From assembly GCA_016748015.1 (NCBI GenBank), contig JAAOMT010000414.1, forward strand, positions 214,481 to 278,480: a stretch of 64,000 nt of DNA. Direction: 5' to 3'. Position numbers and translations under genes: made by a program. Below are positions 27,180 to 41,257 of the stretch, in pieces; position 1 is the first letter of the stretch, and every line of letters starts with the position of its first letter. The notes beneath the pieces were generated by a model that was not told the origin of the DNA, ran no database searches, and was given only the letters and a program-made list of their open reading frames with translations. Source of the DNA: Geosiphon pyriformis uo1. Lineage: Eukaryota > Fungi > Glomeromycota.

Positions 27180-29167
27180 TGTTACAGGTGATTATTTGGG
27201 GTTTTAGAGCAAATAACAAATCTGTAACTTGGTGCTCAATTGATATAATAGAGTTGATTTAAAGGTATCATTATTTGAAGGTTTTGGTTGAGTTCTTTGT
27301 ATAATAGACAGAAATTCAATTGTGGTCTTTCCAGTAGTCTCCCAGAATCACAATTCTGTCAAATTTTTTTCTCAGCATAGTGGCCAGTAATCTGGCAGAG
27401 ATGCCCTTCTGGTAAGCTATTCTTAAATTCTTAATTTCTATATCCTTTCTTTGGAGTCTTTTATTAGGCTATTTTTGATGTCAATAACTCAGTGCTTAAT
27501 CTTCAATCAATTAGTAAAACAAAAGAAATAACAAAATAAAAGAAAAATAGAAGCAAATAAAAGAAAAGAAAGAAATAAGCCAATGTGATAAAAGTTAGTA
27601 TTCTGTCAATAACCATGATCAAGAGCTATGGTTCCAGTGTGGTTAAATATCAATTACTATCCACATAAAGTATTGATAGTGAAAAGTGGATTTGAGATAG
27701 TAAATAATTATTTATTTGATATTTGTGATGTGGAAAGTTGCTTAGATTAAATCTAAACTAAGAGATTTGTTTTTTCTACTTCTAATGCTACTGATATATA
27801 TACATAATTGAGATTTTTCAATTTCTCAATTTTTCATACCAAAAACCCTAGAATTCCTGGAATCCTGCAATTTTTTTAAAAGGAATCCTAGAATTCTGGA
27901 ATCCTGCAATTTTTTGTATGAGAATTCTAAAATTTCTGGAATTCTGCAATTCTTTTGAGAAGAATTCTGGAATTCCACATTTACTATGGCTACTTCTGAT
28001 TGGCTAATTTATATGCTAATATACTTCCTATATTCTATAAGTAACATTATTTTCTCCTCTTTAATATTAAGCTCTATCGAGATTTCCTAATTCTACTTCT
28101 CCATCTTTGAGTATTTCTTGAACTTCTTTTTCAAGAATTATCTGTGCTATCTTGTTCTGTAATTCTTCAAATTGAGCATTGGTTATTTTTCACATTTGGT
28201 TAATAGTAATAAAGTTCATTTCTGGATTGAGTAAAATTTCTGGTTGATCTTGAAATCTGGTGTGTAGCCAATAAATGGCTCTTGCTTATGTGGTCAAATT
28301 GTTTTTTCTTACAAATTGTTCCAGTTGTTGCAGTATTGTTGTATCAAATAATTATTTTGTTTTATCTGTATACAAGCCCTAAATGTTCAAGTGTTGTCTT
28401 AAATAAAAGTAACAAAAGTTTTTTGGAAATTGTTGTATTCACCAATTTCAAGTTTCTATAGTCAACTCTTAATATTGGATGACTTTTGGTTATGTTTCTA
28501 TTGCCAATTTTACTTTTGTGATTATTTTGTCCACAGTGTTTTCCGTTTTTCTCTGTATTTTTTCTCATGGTTTTTTTCTGGTGTCTGTATATCTAATAGT
28601 TTGTTGGTTGATTGTAATTTCCATCTTTTGTTGTTGGATTAGTTGAAAAAGTTGTTGTGCTAGTGAATGAATATCATCAGTAATCTCTATTTTCTGCTGT
28701 TTTTTGTCATGTATACTGTGTCTTTATATACTCTTTTGGGTTGTTCAATTTTATGTGTTTGGTTTAATGATTATAATTGGTTCTAAATTTCGTGAAAATT
28801 TATCTGGTTTGACTAAGGTTTTCTGTACTTCTAATTGTAGAATATTACTGGTAGATGATGATGCTATATGGTGATATTGTTTCAGTCAATCACCATGTGC
28901 TGCTTTGGTTAAAATTCTGTTGTTTAATCTTAATTTATAAGCTCTATTTCTAAGAATTTTTTTTATGTGAAATGGTCCATCTCATTTGGAGTCAAATTTT
29001 CTACTCTATTGTTTTTCTACTTTAGTATGATATAGAAATACTTTGTCTCCAATTTTGAATTCAACTGGTTTCTCTAGTAGTTGGTTATTGTGTCTTTCTT
29101 TTTGTTTTTCTTATAACTTTTGTATGTTATCAGTTGCTTTTTGCTGCATGTTTTTTAATGTCTCCAT
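27180..29167 (-). mobile_element. A2: 3' end of a Ty3/Gypsy element (LTR 27180-28046, ORF3 28061-28690, IN C-terminus)
   Basis: LTR closely similar to the A1 LTR, PPT, GPY/F-module region at 28900-29167. Confidence 0.92.
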
Positions 29168-30067
29168 TGTTACAGATGATTATTTGGGGTCTCAAATCAA
29201 ATAACAAATCCATAACTGGGTACTCAATATCTTAACAATACTAGTGTTATAGATATATTGGTTATATTTGAAGGTTTTTTAGAGTTGAGCCCTTTGTATA
29301 ATAAACAGAGATTCAATAATGATGTTATTGGTTGTTGAATTGTGTTCCCAATTTTTGTTTTTAGCTTGGTGGCCAGTTTATTCTGGCATTCGTGCCCTTC
29401 TAGTAAGCTATCTATTAATATATATATAATTTTACCCTTATTTCTGGGTCTTTTACCAGGCTATCTATGATGTCAATTACTCAGCACTTTAATCCTTAAT
29501 CAGTTAGTATTCAACAATAAAAATCAAAGAAAAAAAGAAATAAAAGAAAAAAAGAAAAAAATAAGCCAAGGCAATATGCAAGTTAGTATCTTGTCAATAG
29601 CCATGATTCAGAGCTATTGTTCCAGTATAGTTAAGTATCAATTACTATCAACATAAAGTGTTGATAGTAAAAAGTGGATTTGGATCGTGAATGATTTATT
29701 TATTTAATATTTGTAGATAGAAGATTTCCAACTAAAGGATTCTAATCTTTCTACTTCTAATACTACTGCTATATATACATAATTGATGTTCTATGAGATT
29801 GCTCACATTTCTGAGTGATGTGCTATGATTTCTTGAGCAATGCTCACATTGCTGAGTGATGTGCTCTTATTTTTTAATATCACTCCACATTGCTGAGTGA
29901 TGTGCCATGTTTTCTGACATTGCTTTACATTGCTGAGCAATGTGTCATGATTTTTGACATTGCTCCATATTGCTAAGCAATGTGCTCATGTGCTAAATAC
30001 TATTCTCTTATTGGTCTGCTATTTTCTGTATCTGTTTTCTTTTTATGAGTAACATTATCTTCTCCTT

Positions 30068-31571
30068 TTAATATTGAGCTCTATTGAAATCTTTGTTTTG
30101 AATTAATTTTAATACTTCTTTTTCAAGTATTGTTTGTTTAACTCTGTTCTTTATGTCTTCTATTTGTGTATTTTTCATTCTTCCCTATTGGTTAATGGTT
30201 ATGGTTTCCATGTCAAAGTGTAACAGTATTTCTGGATAGTTCTGAAATATGTTGTGTAGTCAGTAAATTGTTTTTACATGTAGTATTGAGTTCGTCTTTT
30301 TTCCAATAAATTCTTCAATTTGCTGTATTATGTTTTGGTTAAATATCCTCTTAGATTTGTCAATATACAATTCTTGAATATTCAACTTTCGACCTAACTG
30401 GTAGTAACAGTATAATATAGGAAGTTGTTCTGTCCATTGCTTCCAATTCTCTTTTGTAAGTTCTTTTGTTAGTGCTGTTACGGGATGGTTTTCTTGTTAT
30501 ATTTAATTGCTGATATTCCGCTTTAATTGCAATCAGTCTTCCGTGAGTTCCTCAATTCTATTTGTGTAATAATGTCACTGTTATACTGAAGGCTTTCTTT
30601 TTACTGTTGCGATGTAAGTTATTCTTTAATTCTTGATTGTTATGTGTGTTTATGTACTTCTTCTCAGAGGCTGAACTGAAATCTACCCACTGTCTGGGGT
30701 CTTCTCTGAGGCTATCCTTGCAATTGCCTGATGTGTTTCTCTAATCTAAAAACACAGAATGTTAATGGTCTTTAGCACTTTTCTAATTCTCACAATAAAG
30801 CTTTTATCAATTAGTAACAACGTGAATAATCTTGATCAAGGATTATTCTTTCAAGGGATTCAGTTGATGAATGATAGTTTCATTCAATAAATAATACAAG
30901 TAAGTTTCTTAATACTTTGGGTTGTGATAGTTCCGTTTTAAATATTCTTTTTCATTTCTTTTTGATTTAGAAAGGTTTCTTGGGATATTTAATTTGAAAG
31001 TATGATTTAAAGTGGAGTTTGTTGGATAAAATTGGATCTGTTGCTTGATAAGTTATGATTTTTATTACTTGATTGATTATTTCCCAATATTAAAACTACT
31101 GTATATATACATGTTTGTAGTTCTACGAGAAAATACTTTCTTTTTGATATTTCAACCTGGTGTTTGCTGCTATCACCAGTTGGTGTTGGCTGCTATTGTG
31201 AACTGGTGCTTGCTACTATCACGAAATGGTGTTTGCTACTATGTTAATCATTACCTTTCTAAGATTATTACTATGCTATATTATGATTGAATAATTTGTA
31301 TTATTTTTATGATTCTTTTTGCTAAATTCTTAAACTGTAACAGTGCCATAAGTATTTTCCCAAAAGTGTTCTTTACTTTTTCTATTATATTATCTGACCA
31401 GTTTTTATTATTCTTTGGTAACTACTAATATGGTGTATTCTTTGTCTTCCTTTTGGTATTTTGATAGCAAATTGTTTGGTTGTTAATGATAATTTCCATG
31501 TCTAAAGATTATTGACTTAAGGCCTGGAATAATTGTTGAGCTATGGCATGAATATGATCTGGTATTTCCAT
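30068..31571 (-). pseudogene. A3 ORF3 (interrupted by LTR D)
   Basis: ATG at 31571 (MEIPDHIHAIAQQLFQ..), ..LYCYYQLGRKL..KTIY*LH..DFNRAQY*, stop abutting the PPT. Confidence 0.8.
30579..31342 (-). mobile_element. Solo LTR of a fourth family (D)
   Basis: TGTTATA...TGTAACA inverted termini. TATA context (CTGTATATATACAT, ~31099) like the A LTRs. Short tandem repeats at ~31155-31245. Interrupts the ORF3 frame. TSD not clean. Confidence 0.75.
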
Positions 31572-31599
31572 TTTTCTTGGTTGCTTTTGTTGCATATAC

Positions 31600-32998
31600 T
31601 GTGTCTTTATATACTTTTTTATTGTTTGATTTTACATGTTTGGTCTAATGATTATAATTGGTTCCAGATCTCATGGAATCTTATCTTGTTAAACTAGTAT
31701 TCATTGTACTTCCAATTGTGGAATGTTATTGGTGGATGATAATGTTTATCTGGTAATATAGTTTCAGTCGATCACTATGTGCTGCTTTGGCTAAAAGTTT
31801 GTTGTTCTATCTTAATTTATAAGCTCTATTTCCTAGAATTTCTTCTATGTGAAATGGTCTGTTCTATTTGGGGTCAAATTTTTCACTCCATTGTTTTTCC
31901 GCTTTGGTACGATGTAATAGTACTTTGTCTCCAATCTGGAATTCAACTGGTTTATTTGGTAGTTGGTTATTGTGTCATTTTTTTTGCTTTTCTTGTGATT
32001 TTTGGATGTTGTCAATTGCTTTTTGTCATTTGTTTTCTAGTGTTTCTATTAAGTTATATGTTTTTCTTAGCAATATTTCTTGAAAATTATCTTCAGTTAT
32101 TGGTTTTGTTAGATAAGTGTTGACTTCTATCTCAACTGGTAATGTTGCTGTTCTACCATATACCAATTCAAATAGTGTTGCTTGTGTAGTATCTTGTTTC
32201 ATTGTCCGATAAGCAAATAATACTAATGATATAAACAAATTCTATTTGTCCTGATTTTCTTGACTGATCTTGGTAATTGCTTCACACAATGTTCTGTTAA
32301 ATCTCTCAACTAATCCATTGGTTTGTGGATGATATGGTGATGATAATGGTTTTTTTATCCCAAATCTCTGACTTAATTCTGTTAATGTTCTATTCACAAA
32401 ATGAGTTTCTTGGTCTAATAGTAGTTCTTTTGGACATCCATGTCAACATATTAAATCTTGATGGACAAATTTGGCAACAGATTCTACATCTGCTCTTTGA
32501 ATGGCTTTTGCTTCTGGCCATTTTGTAAGATAGTCTATAGCTACTGTAATATATCTGTTGTCTCTGCTGGTAATTGTTAATGGTCTGACTAAGTCAATTC
32601 CAATACGATCAAATGGTTGTTCCACTTTGATTGGTTTTAATGGTTCACTTGGTCTTGTTCCTCCTCTTCTTTAACAAGCATCACAATTTTGAACATATTG
32701 GATAATGTTTGGATACATTAATGGCCAATAATATCTTTTTCTGGTTCTTTCTATGGTCGCTTCTTTATGAAAATGTCCTGCTGTTGGATCTAAATAGTAT
32801 TGTCTCTTTCTCTGGTTCTGTAATTACTCTGGTTGGTTGATCTGGATTTCTTCTGTTCTTCCGGTAAAATATATTTTAATGATTGATAAAATATTTTGAT
32901 TGTTGTTTTATGTTGTTTTGTTCTTTTTGAGATAATTTCTTCTTAAACAATTGGGTATTTATATAATATTGTAGTTGTTAGTATTTTTGTATATTCAT
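31600..32998 (-). pseudogene. A3 integrase ORF
   Basis: Own ATG at 32998. HHCC, IGIDLV, YHPQTNGLVERFNRTL and GPY/F-like tail. Confidence 0.9.
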
Positions 32999-33028
32999 CT
33001 TTTGTTATATTTTTGGATTGAAATGTTT

Positions 33029-36000
33029 TTAGATTTGTTTCATTCACGACAGTCCATTGGCATTTCCATTGTCTTTTCCCTTTTTATAATGTACTGTATA
33101 ATTAAATGATGAAAGTTCATTTTCCATCTGGCATGACAATTGTCTGCAAATTTTTGTTTTTGGATTGATGTTAATTCTTTGTGATCAGTGTATACTTCAA
33201 ACTTTTGGCTCAAGTATTCCTTCTATTTGCTGACAGCCTAATAGATAGCTAAGTGTTCTAATGCTGGAGTTCCATAGTTTTTTTTAGCTGGACTTAAACT
33301 TCTACTGGCATAAGCTACTGGATGTTCTCTTTCATCAGATTTTTTCTGTGAAAGTACTGCTTCCAATGCTTGACCTGATGCATTAGTAGTAATGATGAAT
33401 GATTTGTTGTGATCTGGATACATTAATACTGAAGCTTAGATAAGCTTTTTTTTCAATGTGTCAAAAGCTTCTTGTTGAGCTTTAGTCCATTTATACTTTA
33501 CATTCTTGGTTTGTAAATAGTAAAGTGGCTGAGCTAGTTTAAAAAAGTCCTTGATGAAGCAATAATAGTAGCCTGTAAATTCCAAAAATGCTCTTAGTTC
33601 TGTTAAGTTGGTTGGTACTGAAAAGTTTTTAACTACTTCGATCTTGTCTGGATCTGTTTTGATTCTATTTTTGCTCACTACATGTTCCAAAAACTTGAGT
33701 TCAGTTTTTCCAAAGAAACATTTGGTTGCATTTAGCTTTAGTTCGGCTCTTCTTAATCTTTCAAACACTTGTTGGAGATGATACAGATGATCATCAAATG
33801 TTTTTGAGAACACATTGGTGTCATTCAAGTAAACAACTACTGATTTCCACAGTAATCTAGTATAGACAATTTCCATAAGCTGTTGGAATGTTGCTGGAGC
33901 ATTTATCAAGCCAAATAGCATGACTTCAAACTCAAAATTTCTTTCTCTTGTGGTAAATGCTGTTTTTTCTTTGTTGGTTGGATCCATGGCTACTTGTCAG
34001 TATCCACTATCTAAATTTAATGTTGAGAATCATTTATTTCCACCAAAAGCATTGAATAGTTCTTAGATTTTTGGAGTCGGATAACTATTACCTTTAGTTA
34101 CTCTATTCAGTTTTTGATAATCCACACAAAAACGGATTTTTCTATTCTTTTTTTGGACTAATACTACTGGTGATGACTATGGATTCATTGATGGCTGAAT
34201 TAGCTCATTATCAAGCATCCGATTGATTTCTTGACAAATAATCTCATGACTAGCTGGTGGTACTCTGTATGCTCTTTGTTTAATTGACATTGCATCTCCA
34301 GTTTTGATCTGATGCTGGATGATGTTGGTTCAGCCAAATTTATTTTTGCTAGCAAAAATGTCATTGAAATTGTTGAGTAATATCTTGAGTTGCATTTGTT
34401 GAAGTGGATCTAGATTCCCCATGTTTATTTGTTCCAATTGTTCTGGTTGGAGCAGATAATATTTACTTCTTCCATAAATGGTTTGTAATGTAATGTCCAC
34501 ATATCCACAAAGCTGTGGAAAATCTGGAATGTGGTTTGGTGGTTGATCCTCAACTTTGGTGGTTAAATATTCAATAATAGTTCCCTTTGGTATTTTGATG
34601 ATATTTTCAGTTGTGTTATAGATAAAAATTTTGATGTTTTTGGGACTATTGGTTGAGATGTAGAGATTGGTGAGTCCAATCTCTTCTGATTTACAAATGG
34701 TGGCTTCTGCTTCAAACAATTGAGCTTGATTCTTTACTTCTTTTTTTATAGCTAACATATACTGGTCATATAACAGAATAGAAATTGTTTGACAAATTGA
34801 AATAATTTCTCCTTTGTCAACAATTTCTTCCTCTGTTATATTAACTGGTATATTTATTCTACCCATTAATCTAAATCTTTGTATCTCTCTAGCTGTAATC
34901 CCTAATTCCTCTCTGTTTCTCACTAACACTAATTGAGCTATTTTCACCAGAGGTAAGAATATTGCCTGTGCTATTTTTTCATTTGGCTCTATAATATAGG
35001 TCTTTTCTGAATTATTTTGTAGCATGGTGATGATATTTTCTATGTATTCTGCATTAATTATTCCTCCTCTGATGTTGATTCCTTTTTTTGCTAAACTACT
35101 TCTAAATGCTAATTGAACCATGATTGTTGCTGGGATTTCCAGAGCTATTTTGAGATCAATACATGTGCACAAATTTGGTTCCAATTTAATGGCTTCTTTT
35201 CCCAGATATCTCAGATCAAATCCTGTATCGGTATCATGTATGTGTTCTGGCATAATACCTTCATTATTATCACTATACCATTTGAGTTTCTGCTCCTTAG
35301 AGAGATCAGAAAGCGCAATGTATATTTCGGAGTTTGAATTGAAGTTTGAATCATTGATATTTTTGTTGCCATATTGTGTGGAGCTGAGAGTGGTGTTTTT
35401 GTCATCATTGTTGTCAAAGTTTGAATTGGAATTAAAAACTGATTCCAATTCTGATGCACAGCTGCTAATTGGTTCTTTTTCTGAGATTGTGTAGATCATG
35501 CATGATGGTGAATTGTAAATTAAGTCACACTTATTACAATATTGAAAGTTGCAGAGAATTAAGCAATATTGACATAACTAAGTATTTAACTGTTCTAAAT
35601 GCTGCTTTTGTTCTTCTCTGGTAGGTGCTAGTTCTTGGTAATATTCATAGAATTGTTTTGGATCTAGGAAATTTATGACTGGTTTTGGGTCCCAGTCGAG
35701 TTCTATAGGTTCAAGTGGGTTATTTTTAATTGTTTTTATCTTTTTTGGTGTCACTCCTTCGATTTTGGCAAGTGCCATTCGCCAAATTTTATTATCATCA
35801 TTATGTGGGCATCCATTCAGACATTTGACGGCTTATCTTTAGGCAGCGTCTATGAGCATTTTTTTTCTCACCCAGTTGCTTATGAAAATCATGTATTGAC
35901 ACAATTTGTCACATGTTTCTCCTCACCCAGAAATGTTGTTCCACATTCTTTTATCCAGAAGAGTTTCTCCACAAGCCAAGCATGGTTTATTGTTCCATTT

Positions 36001-38322
36001 TTCTATTCGTTTTGGTTTTCCAAAATGTTCAATAATGTATGGATGGCAGTAGAATTTTGTTACCAAAGTGTACTCCTCATTATTATCACAACAAGCACCC
36101 ATTGATGACAATTTCTTGCCACAATTGATGCATACCAGTTTTGGACAGTGATAAGTGGATTGGTGGGGTGTAGTGTAGGAATTATAAGTAGGATTGCTGT
36201 TGGTTGTTGGTTCTTCTTCCTTTCTCTTTCCTTTTCCCTTTTTGTCTTCTTTCTATTCCCAATTTATTTGTTCTTTCTGGTCATTGTTGGTTTTCCAGGC
36301 TTGGTTGGCTTTCCAGATAAGTTTTTTGCTCTGCTTTTCTTTTCTGTTGTTGTCTCACAAAAGTACTGGCAGCAGCTCATTGTGTTTGGTGTTAGCCCAG
36401 GAAACTTAGTAGGCTTTCTAAGTAGGTTTCTTTTTCTCTTCCTTGAATTCAATAAGTGGTGTTGTCGAGTTGGTGGTCTTAAAATGGCCACACATGGCTG
36501 GTACACGTGTGTGTTGACTGTTTTGGCTCAGTTGGAGCTCTTGTGTCATCCAGTCCAGTATGGCATTGGTTTTAGATAACCAATTATTTTTTACTAATGT
36601 CTGATATTGAATTGCTTCCATTACTAGGACTTTAATGGAAATAATGATGCCATTGACTTCAAAAAAGAAGTCATCAATCTTACCAATGGGAGTTTTGATT
36701 GCTCCATTGGCAGTTATAATCCTGGTGCTGGCAGCGCAATCAACTCGGTGACCTAATTGGTCCATGAGTTGTTTTGTAATGATGCTGTCAGCTGATCCAC
36801 TGTCTAGGATCAGTTTGATAGAGTGGCCATCAATTTTGGCATCAGTACACATGACAGTAATAGGTTTTTTTTCTAGAACAGCTTCACTAAATAATGGCAT
36901 GGTTGACAGTTCTTCGAGTTCAAATGGGAAGATGGTGTCCAGTGATTTGTTTTTGGTGATGGTAGCTGGCGGAATGTTGCTGGTAAGTGTTGGGTGTTGG
37001 TTGGTTTTTGGGTTATTGGATTGAGTGTCTTTTGGGGTAACCAGTAGACTTAAATAGTTCTGGAAATTTGGGTTTTGGGCATACCCAGTACCCAAATTCC
37101 ATTGTTGAGATTCTGTTGGTTGTGTGAAAGAACTGGGAATCAGTTGGTGAACTACCATTGATGATCTCCAGCTTTGTTGGGTTAATTTTGGTATTTAGGT
37201 TCTATTTTAAGGTAAGTTCTGTGGTGGTGTTTGAATTTGTTGGGGCTGATATATTACTTGAGGCTGTAGCTGATAAATGGGTTGTGGCTGCAACTAATAA
37301 ATTGCTGGTGTTATCAGTTGATAAATTGGCATTTGATATACTGGTGGTTGATAAGATAGCTGCTGTATTATAGGCAAGTAATTCTGATGATATGGCTCTG
37401 AGTTTGGTGGGTTATTCGGAATTTGAAACCAGTAATTGGGGTTTTGATATTGATTTCCTGATCATTGGTTATTTAAGCAATGGTGACAATTGATTTGTAG
37501 ATATCCTTGTTTACCACAATAATAGCAAACATGCGTTTTCTGTTGCTACTGTTAATTGGTCGATGATGATGGACATGACTGATTCTGGAAATGATTTGTG
37601 TTTCTGGAATTATTGCATCATTGTGGTGGTTGATAAATTGTGCAATTGTTAGCTAAGTATCCCTCTAATTTCTGATTGATGGAATCACTAAATTGTTTCA
37701 ATTTGGAATCCAATTCAGATGATCCATTCATTACTAGATTAACAGCTTGGGCATGGTTGGCTTCTAATTCAGCAGCTTCAAAATCTCTGGCGTTTGTGAT
37801 GGCTGCTTGCAGATCGACAGGATACATTGGATGTACACATTGTAAGATGCTGCTGTGTAATCCGCGAATAAACTGATTTAAGATCTGGGCTACTGTGAAA
37901 TAATTGGCATTGATGGCTTGGATCTGGTGCAAATTCCTGTAAAAGCATCTTAAATAAGTAGTAACTGCTTCATTTTTTCTTTGTTTGATAGTAGTGAAGG
38001 TGTTTGCTAGCCTGTTAATGCTGTTATTGTTGCTAAAGTATCTTAAAAACTCAATTTTAAATGCATTAAAATCTTGGGATTTGTTGATTAAGCTTTGATA
38101 CCATGAATTAGCGGTATTCTGGAGAAAATATGGGATGGCTTGCATGGCTCTGGCGTTATTACATCTATTAACTGCTATGACTTTTTCTATGTTGTTAAGC
38201 CATATTTGGGCATCGTCCTCTTCGCTGGTAAATTTTTCAAGTTTGACTATTGGTACATATGCTATTGGATCTAAGTTGGGTTGTAGTGGTTGTTGAAGTT
38301 GTTATTGTGGCTGTGGAAGCAG
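33029..38322 (-). pseudogene. A3 polyprotein: Gag C-part, protease (LDSG), Cys-rich block, dUTPase, dUTPase-like, RT, RNaseH
   Basis: ORF fragments starting at 38145, 37158, 36111, 35778, 35499, 33987 and 33423 are all in one frame, separated only by point stops. Confidence 0.95.
34860..35286 (-). pseudogene. dut: dUTPase domain (A3)
   Basis: TGFDL, RSS, GGIINAEY, KIAQAIF and decayed RGxxGFGS motifs within ORF 34330-35499. Confidence 0.92.
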
Positions 38323-39196
38323 TATTACAAGTGATTATTTGGGGTGTTGAATTAAATAACAAACCCATAACTTGGTGCTAAAAGTTATTCACATTGATGT
38401 TATTAATCTAAAGGTTTTGTATTTAAAGGTTTTGTATCTGAAGGTTTTGGATTAAGTTCTTTGTATAATAGACAGAGATTCAATAGTTGTTTTATCCGTA
38501 GCTTCCCAGAATTACAATTCTGTCAATTCTTCTCTTGGCATGATGGCCAGCAATTTTTTGGTAAGTATTCCATATCTTCTGTACGTGTCCTATTCTCTCG
38601 CAGGGGTCTTCTACCAGACAATCCTTGACATCAGTAATCTAGTGCTTTATTTAACCAATTAGTGCACAACAATAAAATCAAAATAAAATAAAGAAAAGAA
38701 ATAAAAGAAAATCATAAATAAGCCAAGACAATTTTACAAGTTAGTATTCCATCAATAGCTGTGATCAAGAGCTATTGTGCCAGTATGTTTAAGTATCAAT
38801 TATTATCAACATAGAGCGTTGATAGTAGAATTAAGTTTAAGATACCAAATAGTTATTTATTGTGTTTGGAAGGTTGTCTAGATCAAATCTAAACTAAGAG
38901 GTCTGTCTTTTTTAGCTTCTAATACTACTGCTATATATACATAATTGAGATTCCTTAATTTCTCAATTTTTCACAACAGGAATTCTGCAATTCCTGGAAT
39001 CCTGCAATTCCTTTGAGAGGAATCCTGGAATTCTGGAATCCTGTGATTCCTCATGAGAATTCTGTAATTTCTGGAATTCTGCAATTTCTGAGAGGATTTC
39101 TGGAATTCCATATTTTACTATGTCTACTTCTAATTGGCTAATAACTATGCTAATAGATATTCCCTATATTTCTATGAGTAACATTATTCCCTCCTT

Positions 39197-39821
39197 TTAA
39201 TATTGAGCTCTGTTGAAATCTAACTCTGTTAATTTCTCTTGAAGTATTTTCTGAATTTTATTTTTGAGAATTACTTGTTATTTGAGTCTGTAATTCTTCA
39301 AATTGAGCATTGGTGATTTTTCCTAATTGATTACTGGTAACCGTGTCCATTGCTTTGTTGAGTAAGATTTCTGGTCAATCCTGAAATGCTGTGTGTATTC
39401 GGTAAATGGCTCAGGCCTGTGTGGATAAGTTGTTCTTTCCCACAAAATGTTCTAATTGTTGTAGTATTTTGGTGTTAAATAATTGCTTTGTTTTATTCGT
39501 ATATAGATTCTGGATATTCACGTGTTGTCTCAAGTAAAAATAACAATAGTTTTTTGGAAATTGTTGTATTCATCAATTCCAAGTTTCTTTAGTCAACTCT
39601 TGGTATAGTGACTCTTTTGTCAACTCTTTTATTGCTAATTTTACTTTTGCCATGATTTTGTCAATGGTATTTTCTGTTTTTTTCTGTGTTTTATGTGGTG
39701 ATGTCTTTCTAGTGTCTTGATATCAGATGGTTTGTTGATTAATTGTAATTTCCATCTTTTGGTGTTGAATTAATTGAAAGAGTTGTTGTGCTAGTGAGTG
39801 GATGTTGTCTGTAATTTCTAT
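39197..39821 (-). pseudogene. A4 ORF3 (~208 codons)
   Basis: (M>I)EITDNIHSLAQQLFQ..NYCYFYLRQHV..A*AIYRIH..LGKITNAQFEEL. TATATAAAG lies at 39854-39862. Confidence 0.8.
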
Positions 39822-39846
39822 TTTTTTGATATTTTTTGTTGTGTTT

Positions 39847-41257
39847 ACTATGTCTTTATATATTCTTTTGATGGATTAATTAACGTGTTGTTGTCAATAA
39901 TGATGATTGGTTTCAGATCTTGTGGAATCTTCTCTGGTTGGACTAGTATCTTTTGTATTCTTAATTGTAGAATATTATTGATAGATGGTGGTGTAATGTT
40001 GTGGTATGGTTTCAATTAATCTCTATGTGCTGCTTTGGTTAAGATTTTGTTATCCAGTCTTAATTTGTAAGCTTTATTCCTTAGAATTTCTTTTATGTGA
40101 AATGGTCCATCCTATTTGGGGTCAAATTTTCTACTTCATTGTTTTTCTGCTTTGGTATAATGTAAGAGTACTTTGTCTCCAATTTTGAATTCAACTAGTT
40201 TGTCTGGTAGTTAATTATCATGTCTTTCTTTCTGTTTCTCTTGTGACTTTTGTATGTTTTTAGCTGCTCTTCTTCATTTGTTTTTCAATGTTTCCATTAA
40301 GTCATATGTTCTTTTTAACAATGTCCTGTGGAAATTTTCTTCTGTTATTGGTTCAGTTGGATATGTGTTAATCTCTATCTCAACTGGTAATGTTGCTGTT
40401 CTACCATATATTAATTCAAATAGTGTTGCTTGTGTGGTGTCTTGCTTCATTGTTCGATAAGCAAATAATACTGATGATATGAACAAATTCTATTTATTCT
40501 GGTTTTCTTGGCTGAGTTTTACTATTGTTTCACACAATGTTCTATTAAATCTTTCAACTAATTCATTGGTTTGTGGATAGTATGGTAATGATAGTGGTCT
40601 CTTAATTTCGAATATTTGGCTTAGTTCTACTAATGTTCTATTCACAAAATGGGTTCTTTGGTCTAATAATAATTCTTTTGGACATCCATGTTGACAAATC
40701 AGATCTTGATAGATGAATTTGGCAACAGATTCTGCATCCACTCTTTGAATTGCTTTGGCTTCTGGTCATTTAGTAAGATAGTCTATGGCTACTGCAATAT
40801 ATCTGTTGCCTCTGCTGGTAATTGTCAATGGTCTGACTAAATCAATTCCAATATGGTCAAATGGTTGTCCCACTTTGATTGGTTTCAATGGTTTGCTGGG
40901 TCTTGTTCCTTCTCTTCTTTGACAAGCATCACAATTTTGCACATATTGGATGATATCTGAATACATCAATGGTCAATAGTATCTCTTTCTGGATTTTTCT
41001 ATGGTTGCTTCTTTATGAAAATGTCCTGCAGCTGGATCTAAGTGCATGTTAAATAGTATTGTCTCTTTTTCTGGTTTTGTAATTACTCTGGTTGGTTGAT
41101 CTGAATCTTTTCTATTTTTCTAATAAAGTATATTTTGGTAAGTGATAAAATATTTGGATTGTTGTTTGATTCTCTTTTGTTTCAGTTGAGATAATTTCTT
41201 CTTGAACTGTTGAGTATCTATATAATGTTGAAGTTGTTGATATTTTTGTGTGTTCAT
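39847..41257 (-). pseudogene. A4 integrase ORF
   Basis: ATG at 41257. ORF fragments 40766-40969, 40490-40741 and 40274-40486. Confidence 0.92.

Noticed and set aside
38975-39110. Heat-shock elements in family A U3 repeats
   Set aside because: Only two-unit TTCnnGAA matches were seen, with no clean three-unit nGAAn array.
39197-39821. ORF3 as an envelope gene
   Set aside because: Short and hydrophilic, with no evident signal peptide, TM helix or furin site.
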